This document shows positions 26,726 to 37,449 of a DNA stretch of 64,000 bases, piece after piece (positions within the stretch are counted from its first letter, which is position 1; every line of letters begins with the position of its first letter). The position numbers and the translations under genes were made by a program. This stretch comes from Sphaerodactylus townsendi (taxonomy: Eukaryota). Below the pieces are notes generated by a model. That model made no database searches and was not told where the DNA came from. It saw nothing but the letters and a program-made list of their open reading frames with translations. Location: positions 44,516,001 to 44,580,000 of the forward strand of contig NC_059437.1 in the NCBI RefSeq assembly GCF_021028975.2. The letters run 5' to 3'.

Positions 26726-26769
26726 TCCTTTCAGGGAAGCCAGGGGCGAGCCTACCTCTTTAATTCAGT
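26726..26769 (+). CDS. YPEL1: Yippee-like 1, coding exon 2 (SFQGSQGRAYLFNSV)
   Basis: ctttttctcttgcag acceptor, gtaagt donor, 44 nt, in frame with flanking exons. Confidence 0.97.
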
Positions 26770-27021
26770 GTAAGTATGATTGCAAATATTTTTTTCCCCT
26801 GTAGAACATCTTTTAGCAAACTGTCCAGATGGGCTAAAGAGTCCTGGCCATCTGATCAGTGCAAGCTTTTAAAATACAATGTATGTTCCAATTGAGCAAC
26901 TTCTAATGCAACAGTACTTCCTCCAGAGTAACATGAAATAAATGTACCAACCCAGCTTCTAGTAATTTTTTATTGGATTTTATGAAACTTTTAGCCTGCC
27001 TTGCTCAAATATACGGACTTT

Positions 27022-27358
27022 GGGTTGGATCCAGCCATCTTTCCCCCCTCAGTCTTGCCCAGAGCTCTACCTTATAGCCTATACTCCACATGATTTTTGT
27101 CCCTGCAGGTCCAATTATTTCCATGATAGCCTTTTTTGGAGGTCAGAAGGGGCACTCTACCCCCCAACCCCCCACACAGTCTTTATTTCACCAGCAGCAA
27201 TGCTGGTTGCTTCTGGTCCTTTCTATCTTGCCTCCCTCCCTCTCCAAATGCAGCGCGCTGATTTCAAAAGGCTGTTCCTGGGAGGATAGCAGTCCCTGAG
27301 GGGTGAACAGGAATGGGGAGCTGGAAGAAGCTGTCCTACTTTAGGATGGATCCTACCT
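27022..27358. mobile_element. MITE with GGGTTGGATCC-type TIRs (possibly PIF/Harbinger)
   Basis: gggttggatcc ... ggatcctacct, flanked by ttt. Confidence 0.55.
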
Positions 27359-27768
27359 TTTATTTGGAGTCTTAAGCAAATGGTGTACCTGCTGGACCAT
27401 GAAAAGTGAGATCCTAAATTGCTCTGTCTTATCCTTCTAATGCATGTGTGGATAGCCAGCTCTTTGTACCTATCTGAACCACCTGGGAATCTGGCAGCTG
27501 AAGCTTTCAAGAACTGCTTCTGAGTTTGAGGATGACTCCAACTCAGAGGTGCCATCCCGCTAATCTAGAGTTATTGCTTTTTACACTTACTCTGTACTGA
27601 GCAGCTGATGAAAGAGACCACATTGTTTGCAGTTGAGATAAGGCTTATACCTTCAGAAGACTGGTTTCATTGACCAGGGTTTTCCAGTCAGGCCCTGTGG
27701 ACTTTCAGTACTACCGAAAGCCACCACCAGAGACAGAGGGGCAAATTCTAACTTGATATTTCCTAAAC

Positions 27769-28305
27769 CAGTGATGGCGAACCTATGGCACGGGTGCCAG
27801 AGGTGGCACTTTGAGCCCTCTCTGTGGGCGTGCACAGAGTTCATCATGTGGGAGGGGGAAAATCACTTCCCCCACCCCCCACACACACACATCTAGGCTG
27901 CCCTGGGCTGCTGAGCTCGATTATTAAACCTTAGACCTAGTTTTGGGGAAGCAGGGTAGGTAACCCTTTTAAGCGCTGTTAAACCCCACTGATTTTCATG
28001 CAAAGAACTAAAGTGCGATCCTTTACCTGGGAGTAAGCTTGGTTGCTGGCAATGTGGCTTGCTTCTGAGTAAACCCTCCTAGGGTCGTGATTCACCAGTT
28101 CGAAGAGTTGCCTGGTTGCTTCAAAGCAAAGCCAACAACTACCACCAAGCTTGCTCCCGAGTAACGCACGCCTCGGAGCCAACCATTTTTTCTTAACTAA
28201 AACCTCAGCATTCAGGTTGAATTGCCGTGTTGGCACTTTGCGATAAATAAGTGGGTTTGGGGTTGCAATTTGGGCACTCGGTCTCGAAAAGGTTCGTCAT
28301 CACTG
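27769..28305. mobile_element. Non-autonomous hAT element (537 bp)
   Basis: TIRs cagtgatggcgaacc/ggttcgtcatcactg; perfect TSD tcctaaac. Confidence 0.9.
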
Positions 28306-28478
28306 TCCTAAACCAAAGATGGAAGGTCGATATGCAACAACAAGGTGACTCCCTTCTCTGTAACCACCACACTGTGAACCATCTTGTGCTGAATGCTTCA
28401 CAAGGGATGAAGCATTCACTTCAGCTGCAGCGGACAAAAGAGAGAGGAAGTTCAGCACTGTTCAGCTAGACTCCAGCA

Positions 28479-28573
28479 TAGGTGTCAAACTCGCGCCCCC
28501 TCCAGATGTTATGGACTACACTTCCCATCATCCCCAGCCAGCATCATCTGGAGGGCCGTGAGTTTGATACCTG
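28479..28573. mobile_element. Palindromic MITE, internally deleted
   Basis: aggtgtcaaactcgcg...gtgagtttgatacctg. Confidence 0.75.
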
Positions 28574-28612
28574 TGAGCTAGAGGATGTGTTTTCCCCCCT
28601 GCCATTTATTTT

Positions 28613-28967
28613 AGGTAAAGGTAAAAATTGTCCCCTGTGCAAGCACCAGGTCATTACTGACCCATGGCGTGGCATCATATCACAACATAACTAGGCAGAC
28701 TATGTTTACAGGGTGGTTTGCCACTGCCTTCCCCAGTTACCTACACTTTACCCTCAGCAAGCTGGGTACTCATTTTACGGACCTGAGAAAAACAGAAGGC
28801 TGTGTCAGCCTTGACCTGGCTACTCATCTTACCGACCTCAGAAAGATAGAAGGCTGAGTCAACCTTGAGCTGGCTACTTGAAACCAACTTCGAATGGCAT
28901 CAAACTCAAGTCGTAAGCAGAGCTTTGGCTGTAGTATTGCAGCTCAACACTCTGTGCCACGGGGCTC
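28613..28967 (-). mobile_element. Sauria SINE
   Basis: aggtaaaggtaaa tail and gggtactcattttac...gaaggctgagtcaacc core, partly duplicated. Confidence 0.8.
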
Positions 28968-29916
28968 TTTACTTCAGCTGTATGGAATTCATGTCACCAT
29001 GGGTCATTATCAGTTCTTTTTGTGGGAAGAAATGCTCTCTTACCCTTAGATGACTTCAGAAGACCATGAGCTAAGCCACTGCCCGCTGGAGTTATTAGGC
29101 TGTTAATACAGCCAGTAGATATTGCAACATATGTAATTGACTCCACCTGGTTAACCGCGCCTGCAATATTATTAGGGAGGCATGCACGATTTACACCTTC
29201 TGTTCTTCCATCTGAAATGACAATGGAAAATCTATCCTCTCTGAGAATACACTTCTTCAATTCTGAAACAGGATACCCTAGGAAAAGCCTGTAACATAAA
29301 ATCAGCCACATGTTCTCAAAGATTCTTGTTTAGATTGAAGAAGTCCAATACTTTCTCCAAAATGCATGCTCAACAGTATCAAGAATGTAAAGGTTATTTT
29401 TATGGAAAAAATTCTTGCAACAATACAGTAAAAAATGCAGGCATCAGGAACCCTAAAGGAAACCCTCGTCCCACTTTTTTCTTAGGGATTGCTCCATCCA
29501 ATATGGCAGGGGTCTTTCCACATACAGGTACAGTTGGCCAGCCATTGCCTGAGACTAGTAGATGCTTTTTTATCACTGTACTGTGTCATAAGATCCAAAC
29601 CATCTTCCTTCATCCGATTCAGCTGGCAGCATTGATACATACCTGCTCTAGGCTCTCTGGCAGAGATTTCTGGACTCCTACAAAATTAATCTTTCAGAAC
29701 CTCATGTGTTTCGTTTTGAGACTGTAGTCAGAAAAGGGCGTCTGCCCATGGGTTGTTGTGGGTTTTCCAGGCTGCGGGATTCTGTTGAAGCCCAGTTGCT
29801 TCTGGCCGTGAAAACCTCCAACAGTATAATAAGTGACTCGTTCAATGCCATCTGAATGCATATTGTAACCAAAATGTTCAAAATAGTCTCTAAAGGACAT
29901 CCTGTTCTGTCTAAAA

Positions 29917-30064
29917 CAGGGGTCTGCAACCTGCAGCTCTCCAGATGTTCATGGAGTACAAATCCCATCTGCCCCTGCCAGCATGGCCAATTAGCCATGC
30001 TGGCAGGAGCTCATGGGAATTGTAGTCCATGAACATCTGGCGAGCCGCAGGTTGCAGACCCCTG
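29917..30064. mobile_element. Palindromic hAT MITE (CAGGGGTCTGCAACC terminus)
   Basis: 148 bp; perfect TSD gtctaaaa. Confidence 0.92.
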
Positions 30065-30149
30065 GTCTAAAAAGGAGGGGCTTATATTGCCCTCAGCCAT
30101 GTATGGAACCACCTTTAAAGTCTTAATCTGTGTTACTGCCAAATTCTAC

Positions 30150-30324
30150 CTTCTTGCTTCTTTGATCTGATGTGCAAGCGAATACATTTCCTGATAGCTT
30201 TAGTTCCACCAATCTCATGGAAGGTGAATTTGATGCCCTTTTGTCTTACTGGGTAATTTAGTTTAAATGGTGCAGCAGGTTGGTTTACAGGAAAGGATAG
30301 CAAAACCTCTTTAAAAATAGTTTT
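30150..30324 (-). pseudogene. Open exon of the nested gene remnant: KTIFKEVLLSFPVNQPAAPFKLNYPVRQKGIKFTFHEIGGTKAIRKCIRLHIRSKKQE(G)
   Basis: cctttctag acceptor, gtagaa donor, 175 nt with no stop, phase 0 to 1; joins the 35-nt exon 29677-29643 (GVQKSLPESLEQ, phase 1 to 0), which joins 29548 (AMAGQLYLYVERPLPYWMEQSLRKKWDEGF). Confidence 0.7.
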
Positions 30325-30474
30325 CTAGAAAGGCTCAAGAAATATTTGCCAAAAATAAATCCTGACAACTGCTCTAGTGAATTTGCATTTACTTTAGCCC
30401 AAAGGTGGGTGTTAACAAGAAAACAAACCCTTTGCGGTAGTTGATTTTCTCCCTGTTCTCTCTGTCTCTTCCAG

Positions 30475-30583
30475 GGTGAATGTGGGCTGCGGTCCCGCAG
30501 AAGAGAGAGTTCTTCTGACAGGCTTGCATGCAGTAGCAGATATTTATTGTGAAAACTGCAAAACCACTCTTGGGTGGAAATAC
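30475..30583 (+). CDS. YPEL1: Yippee-like 1, coding exon 3 ([36 protein letters not shown])
   Basis: Pyrimidine-rich ccag acceptor, gtaagc donor, 109 nt; second CxxC of the Yippee zinc-binding domain. Confidence 0.98.
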
Positions 30584-31929
30584 GTAAGCAATATACAATT
30601 TTTTTTTGGAGGCAGGTGGACATACACATATATAACTGCTTGGTTCTGTCTGGCCAATTATGCAGGGAACTCTTGCCTTGGGACTCTTCTCTGCACTGGG
30701 CTTGCCGAGGGCTCTCCTTGCATGTCTCTGTTTACATGTGAGGAGGCAGCCCAGTGCCTGCTACACAACTGCTTGCTGAAGTTTCAACTGGCCTCTCCTT
30801 TTCTGCTTCTCTTAACTCTGCCCATCAACAGCCTTAAAGGCACAGATCTCTCTGATATTCTGTATCGAATTATCAATGTATTGATGAAGGCATCTAGAGA
30901 AGCAGGAAGGAGTCATCAACAGGGAGGAGGGCAAGGGGGAAACATGCAGAGCAGCACAAGGGAATTGGGGAGGGGGTGAGACTGGGCGTACTGGCTGTTG
31001 GCAGAGGGAAGAGGTCCGGGGCAAAACTACTCACTGGCAAATCTGGCCACTCTAGCTGCGAGGTAAAATGATTGTGTGGTCATGCAGGCTTTGTGTTGTG
31101 TGAATCATTTCACCACACTCACAGCAATCTTGGCCCCATTGCAAACAGAAATACATTATTTGCCACTTTTCTACCCCCTTAAAATGTTCAACTTACAATT
31201 ATTTATCTGTGTTTTATACAGTTATTAGCTGATTTTAAATCCCTTTAAAAAGGTTTTTTTTAAAAGAGTACATTAGCCTCACTTGGATGGCTGCTCTTTG
31301 GCAGCCCGGGGTAAAACGGCTTGCAAGGGCCCTCTTGTTCTTCGTAAAGGGGGTAGAACTCCAGGAGCTACATCATATCTTTGCATCTACTTGAAAAAAA
31401 AAACTGAAATGGAAGACAAAAGTCATGGGCTGGTTTCTTAGCTATCTATTTTTAAAAGTGCCTTTGGCTTGATTCATTCATGCAGGAAAATGAGGTGATA
31501 AAAGGGGCTACACGGCTAGAGACTGTCAGGAGCCTGCTCTGGTTCTGAATGCTCTTTCGCATTAAAAATAAAGCCCCAGGCAAAATGTGCACAGCCAGGA
31601 AGAGAAAGGTTCTACTCCCGCCTTTTTGCCTGCTTTGTTGTTGTTCTGTTTAGAACAAGGAGTGTTTAAAACAAGGTCCTCCTCTTGCTGCTTTAAGTGG
31701 CATAATTTATTCCCTCACCTGCATTTCTAAACAAAGGTAGCATTATACGAGCCCAGTGGGCCATGAACAGCTGAATCAAGTGGCAGGGAAAGGGCTGGAG
31801 CATGCCGTTCATTTGTGAAATGATGATTCAGGGCCAGAAATGTTGAGTGAAATTCTCACCTCTGTCAGAAGAATTCTTGATTTGGAAAGGGGTGGCTAAT
31901 GCCCTCTTGCCTTCTGTTTCCTTGTCCAG

Positions 31930-32019
31930 GAGCACGCGTTTGAGAGCAGTCAGAAGTACAAAGAAGGAAAATTCATCATTGAACTTGCCCACATGATCAA
32001 AGACAATGGCTGGGAGTAA
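31930..32019 (+). CDS. YPEL1: Yippee-like 1, last coding exon ([29 protein letters not shown])
   Basis: ttccttgtccag acceptor; TAA at 32017-32019; total CDS 117+44+109+90 = 360 nt = 119 aa + stop. KFIIE and NGWE C-terminus plus linkage to PPIL2 favour YPEL1 over paralogs. Confidence 0.97.
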   Translation, partial: EHAFESSQKYKEGKFIIELAHMIKDNGWE

Positions 32020-35000
32020 AATTGGAATATGCTCATTCTTTCTGGACAATATGGGGAACGTGCTTTCTAGAGACTAATGCAGACAAACAAGACAAAAAAA
32101 AAAGGATTTTGGTTGAGGTGGCTGAGAAAATCACTGAATTTTTGAAACCTCCAAAATAAGTAGTGTAATTTGTGTCCCTCCACACCTTCCAGGCCATGTT
32201 TTTGCCTTCTCCTCTTTGTGTAAGTTTCCCTCTTTTGTATATGTATTCCTGTGTGAACAGTTTTGGACGAACTTTTTTCTAAGCTCCTAACTGCTAGCAG
32301 AATAGTCCCTCAATGGCACATTGGTTTTACTGGCTGGCATCTACCTTTCGACCTCTGAACACTCCTTTCCACTGTGCATGCTCTCTCTGCCTCCTCCTGT
32401 CCCCCGTGGGGATGGGAGCTGGTTCTCTCTCCTTCATACGTAGCAATTTCCGAGGTCTTTTTGCAGTGCAAAGGATACATCGTTGTAGTGGCCATTACTG
32501 CTTTGGATAATTGTGCCCCACCTGCAACTTGCAGACATATTTGGCCAGGCTGGTAAAGGCTCAGTCAGTTGTACTGACTGATATTAGGGAAGGTTTTCTT
32601 TTTAAAAAAATGGTTTGTTTTTAAACAGACAGGGAAAGGTCGGACAATAACTTGCAAGAATAACTAATACTGTAGAATATATGAAAACCTGAATCAATAC
32701 ATTCCTAAGAAAGTAAAGCTTTGGTCTGTTCAGGAAGAGTTTCTTGCAAAGTCTTTGAAATCAAAGGGCACAAATATATGCAGCTGTTGTTTTTAAGACG
32801 TCAGTGTAAAATGTTTTTGGTACCGTCCCTTTCGCTGGGACTTGTACTCCATTTTGAGGTTGTATGGCTGGTTCCATGTCGCTATCTAGTGTTAATGCAC
32901 TGGGCAAAGAGGTTGATATTAGTGAAGCACGCTGCTGCTGCAGCGGCAGCGGCGGCACTTAGACACAAAACGTGTTTTTGCGCAGAGAAATGGCCAGAGG
33001 CTGCAGTTGTACAGCTGTTGCCCGCGGAAGGTGGGAAGTTGGCAAGCAGATGAGAAAGTGGCAAGTCAACTTCATCTCTTCATAAAATAGCAAAAATAGT
33101 TTTTTAAAAGGGGAAGGGGGGGTGCTTGATTTGCTGGCTGAATCACTCCCAAACTCATGTTTTGTAATAAACTGTTATGTGAAACAAACATCATATTGTA
33201 ATTTTTCCCAGCTGCTGCTGTTTTTTTAAAGCGGGGTGACCCAAGCAGACACTTTTGTGACATGATTGCGAACGCAACGGTTTGAGGAGGGAACTTGTGC
33301 GCACCCAAGGGATTCGTTTTTTTTAAATGTCAGGGGGTTTTGCATTCATCTGTGTTCTGAAATTTGCAAGAAGAGAAACTTACGGGAGAACCTTTTACAC
33401 TAACACTACATAACCGCCGCTAATAGCATGAATCACAAGAAAGCCTTGTCTTGAAAACTCTGTTCCTTCCTAATTTGTGGCACTTTTCAGTGTTCTCTCC
33501 TTGCTGGCTGCTTCTAACATCCTCTGATGGGGCTTTCAAACTTCCATTGCACTTTACCTATACCTTTCATGTAGGAGTCATCTTTCTCTAAAGATAAGTC
33601 TTTTTTTCCCCCTTGTGGCTTAGGAATTCTTTCCCAATTTAAAATATCTGGGAAGTAATATGGTTACACTGTGATGCAAAAAAAAAAAAGGATATTGAAG
33701 ATTATCTATATAGTTACCTCTTAGGCATTCAGATCCAAAGAGCTGTATCAGTGACAGCTAGGTTCAGATTTTGTGTTACCGAACAACTTTTATTCTGGTG
33801 CTTTATTTAAATGCGAATGAGTTTGGATCCGTGAATCTTCAGTACAGTACTTGGTCGCAAGTGCAAGATTAACCTTGATTTGCTTCCAGACAGATGCTTT
33901 TTTCAATGACTGTAGACAAGAAGTTCTTTGAAGAGGAAGTACTTCCTAGCGTTGAGGCTTGACTCTATGGTAACTGGTTTAGTCTTACCGTTCCTCGTGC
34001 CATTGCTGTTGATCTTTCTGGTTGGTTTGGCCTGTCGAAGCGAAATCCAGCATGGGAGTTTCTAGAGCGAGCACTTTGTGTTAAATACCACGCTCAAATC
34101 GATTGGCGGCTTCGCATGAGCACCTCTCTTGTGGTGAGTCGCGCTGGCATAAGCGTAATCCAACAACTGGAAAGTGCAGTATTATCCCTTTTTTCGCTTT
34201 GTTAGACTTTGATTTGGAGGCTTAGTTTTCTCCTTCTCCTTTTCTTCCCTTCATTGCTTACGGCTGAAAGAATAAATAACTTGAATTATCTTCCCTCTGG
34301 TACAACATCATTGCCAACCACTGAAATACCAATGTTGTAAGCAGTAAACCATTTTGTGTTGGTTCCCGAATCTAGCTGTAAAAAGCACCATCTTTGGAAG
34401 CTTTCCTAGGTGCATATATGTTTTTCAGCCGCTTGGCTATGACTGGTGCAAATTTAGAGTGGAGGAGTGTGAGATGGAACAACGCAAGGGGCAAATCTTT
34501 GGCGAGTCAGTCAGCCTCTTTTTCATCAGTGCATTATTTGTATTCCAAGTATACGTCAGCCAAGGGGATGTACCACTTTATGTGCAAATGCGTGCAACTG
34601 AAGCTGACAGCTTTTTAAAAGATGGAACAAGCACTTGGGGGAAGGTGTGGTTGACAGCGAGAGGGAGGCGTATTTATCCTTTTGTTGCATCCAGTTTTTC
34701 CCCTTGCAATGGCAAGCATGCATGTGAAACTCGGGGAGAGGGGGAATACTAGACCTGGAATGAAGACAGCATTGAGCCCCATCATTTTGCTACTGTTTTT
34801 CCACTCTCGACTCTCCATCCAAGGGCTTCAGCTGCATTCATTTGCAAGGATCCTGGGGCTCTTCTCCAAAACATTGAGATGATCTGGATGCCAAAAGCTG
34901 AGGTTTAGACAGGCTGGCACTCAGAATATCAGACCACAGATGAATATAACACTGGTGCAAACAAGCGGGTTAAGAGTACCTAATAGAGTAATATTTTATG

Positions 35001-36900
35001 ATTCTGAAAAAGGGATGGGAGATTTATGGAGAATCTAAAACTGATACTGCAGGTATCAAGTAGCATCTCGGGTGGGTGGGATTGACAGGTAACTATTTCA
35101 CATTGGAGGAGACTCTAAAATTAGCTGCTGTGATTTGGCAGTTTTGGTGAAAGTTGATTCCAGATACTGATTGATGTTGGTTGAATATATATAAAGATCA
35201 GTCTGGTTACTGACATTTCCAGCATTACATACAAACATAATACTTGAAGAGCATTTTACAAAGCATTTTTTTCCCTGTAACCATTTTTTTTGTAATGTAT
35301 TGTATTTAAGGTTTTTGTGTGTTCTTTCTGGGCAAGTGTACACTTCCCCTCTGACTTGAGCACTTTTTGTTTCCTGTTATATTTTATTACTGTTGGTCTT
35401 AACATTTATTTTATATTTTTTTAAATAAATCATAACAATTGGGGGGGGGGGCATGAAGTTTGAGTGTGTTACCTATTAGGGTTTTGCGTTTTGTTCTGGA
35501 TTATATGAACGGACTACAAGCTGGTTCTTGGAAAGAATGTTCATTTGCACAGATGAGAATGTGCTAGCAAAAATGTACACGTATTGAAGTATTTTTCCCC
35601 CCCTTTGAACTCAAAACCCAACACGATCACCAAACAGTGAGGACCAGTTTGGTTGCTTTAAAACCTCAGACTCCGCGGATGGAGCTGCGTGGGGGAAGGG
35701 GCATCATAGCCTGAGCAGCCAGCCTGACAGACACAGAGACTTGCCCCAAGGATGAAGGCAGAAGCCACGACCACTGAGGCTGGTTGCACTAGATTGGATG
35801 TTTCTTCCTCCCGCGACCCCATCTTTGGGGCATGCTGTGCATGGAGGATTTTGATACATCTCAAATGACCTTGTGGATGACCTGTCTCTTGTTTCCTAGT
35901 TCCTGTGGCTTGAACGTTACTGTACTGAAAACTGGCTCAAATGTGGCCACGTAGTCCTCTGTCTTAATAACCTTTGCTGCTTTTTAACCATTGGGAAGAA
36001 AACACCACCCTTCCAACCTCTTTTAAATGGCAGTGCTCACTCCATGTTCCAACTGAGGGCTTGCTTTTCCGCCTGATTGTTTTGTACATGTCGGTTTGAT
36101 TTGGTGTACTAACTGCCATAAATCTCCTATTTTAACAATCCGCAGCATTTCTCTGGCCTCGGCCTGCGATAAAAGGCGGGGCTAAAGAGAGCAGCTTTTT
36201 TTCTTTCATCTGTCACTTTATAGGCATCATGGTTTGAAGAAAGATCTGTCCTGAAGTTTGTCCTATTGCACATCTTAAAACGTGGCAAGTGAAAATTTTC
36301 CCATCTTTTAATTGGTTCAACTTGCTTTGGCGTCTTATCTCTGAGGGCCATGTGGCAGTAGTTGGAAGTTTACAAAGTTGAGATTAAATCAAAGTAATAG
36401 TAGTTACCTTTTCGGAGAAAAAAAGAGGCCCCCCTGCGTTAGAATTAGCAGGAATGCCTCATTTGATTTTGAATGTGTTTGCCAAGACATTACAAAACAT
36501 TGATATCTTATTGTCTGCCACGATAACTTCTGTTTATTATTGTCATACCCAGGTAGCTGCATGCTTTAAAAACATTTAGGTTATACGAGGGGAGTGAGTA
36601 TGGAAGCAGGCATCCAAACAAATGATTTAGTAGCATCATGTACTGTACTATTTGTATAAACCAACTAGTAAGATAACTTATTTGTTGTAAAGAGCAGGAA
36701 TTTCAGAAACCTCATAAGGTCAAACACATGAGTCACAGGTGACTGTTGATGTGCCTCATTGCTAGAACACTTTTGAAAATGCTTTCTTTTGCAGCTGACG
36801 TGGCTTCCTGGTTTTCGTCTTAGCAATACTGTACACAATTCGTTGTTTCATTTTGTTGTATCTATTTGAGGTATCACAATAAAAGCTTTCAGTTTTATTG
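32020..36900 (+). other. YPEL1: Probable long YPEL1 3'UTR
   Basis: About 4.9 kb without recognisable TEs in a TE-rich window, AU-rich; AATAAA at 34271, 35424 and 36878, the last followed by T/GT-rich sequence. Confidence 0.6.
36878..36883 (+). terminator. Candidate distal polyadenylation signal of YPEL1
   Basis: AATAAA with upstream TGTA elements and downstream T-rich tract; repeats resume shortly after. Confidence 0.55.
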
Positions 36901-37228
36901 AATTGGTTTTTTAAACTTGGTGCCATCCATTCCTTTATTTAAAAAAGCACTGGGTCGCATGGCTCCTGTGCGTGCGTGCGCGCGTGCGCGGTATACTCGT
37001 TGTTCTTTTTCTCCCCAAAGAGATCCAAAGTGGCTTAAAGTGTCAATTAAAAAGACTCAGTTTTTTTTAAAAGAACGATTGAAGTAGCAATCTATCACTT
37101 GGGCCAGTCTTGAATCCAAGGTCCGGCTCATTCGCAGTCACAGGGCATGGGCCATAGGCTAACAGCTAAGAGCGCTTCTGCTCTTGCCAGTGACTTGCCC
37201 CTTTGGCTATACCCGTGTGTACTTGGAG

Positions 37229-37449
37229 CAGAGGCGTATCTAGGGAAAATGTAGCCTGGTGCAAAATCTGAGCCCGCTCCCCACCCAGGTATGGGCGGCC
37301 GCCCTTCCCCACCATGATCAAGCAATGTTTTTGTGCACCAGGTCTTGAAGTCAGTGAGTGAACCCAGGGGTAAGGAGGAGGGGTGACTAAATTGCTGCAG
37401 CCTGGGGACATTTGACCTCATATGTCCCCCTGGGCAGTACGCCCCCAGA
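37229..37449 (+). mobile_element. Non-autonomous DNA element (CAGAGGCGTATCTAGGG family)
   Basis: Close match to 44842-45030. Confidence 0.7.

Larger units (their letters stand above)
21259..31812 (-). pseudogene. Unprocessed multi-exon pseudogene of an unidentified protein (~1,200 codons), nested antisense in YPEL1 introns
   Basis: Exon-like blocks with AG/GT boundaries and mostly matching phases: 31812-31719, 31403-31283, 31138-31035, 30893-~30625, 30324-30150, 29677-29643, 29548-29044, 27762-27651, 27564-26756 (MITE inside), 26673-26410, 26303-26159, 25902-24252 (CR1 inside), 23531-22808 (MITE inside), 22748-22690, 22457-~21951 (MITE inside), 21630-21259. Protein-like translations with scattered stops and frameshifts. 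Confidence 0.75.

Noticed and set aside
29050-29100. WSxWS-like string (GQWLSSWSSE) suggesting the nested gene is a cytokine receptor
   Set aside because: The motif is imperfect, the frame is ambiguous, and no signal peptide, transmembrane segment or convincing FN3 pattern is visible.
30476-30979. 167-aa ORF starting with Yippee sequence
   Set aside because: Only 30475-30583 is exon; the rest is read-through past the gtaagc donor.
32721-33064. ORFs with poly-Ala on both strands
   Set aside because: They come from a short GCT/GCG microsatellite in the 3'UTR, with no splice or homology support.
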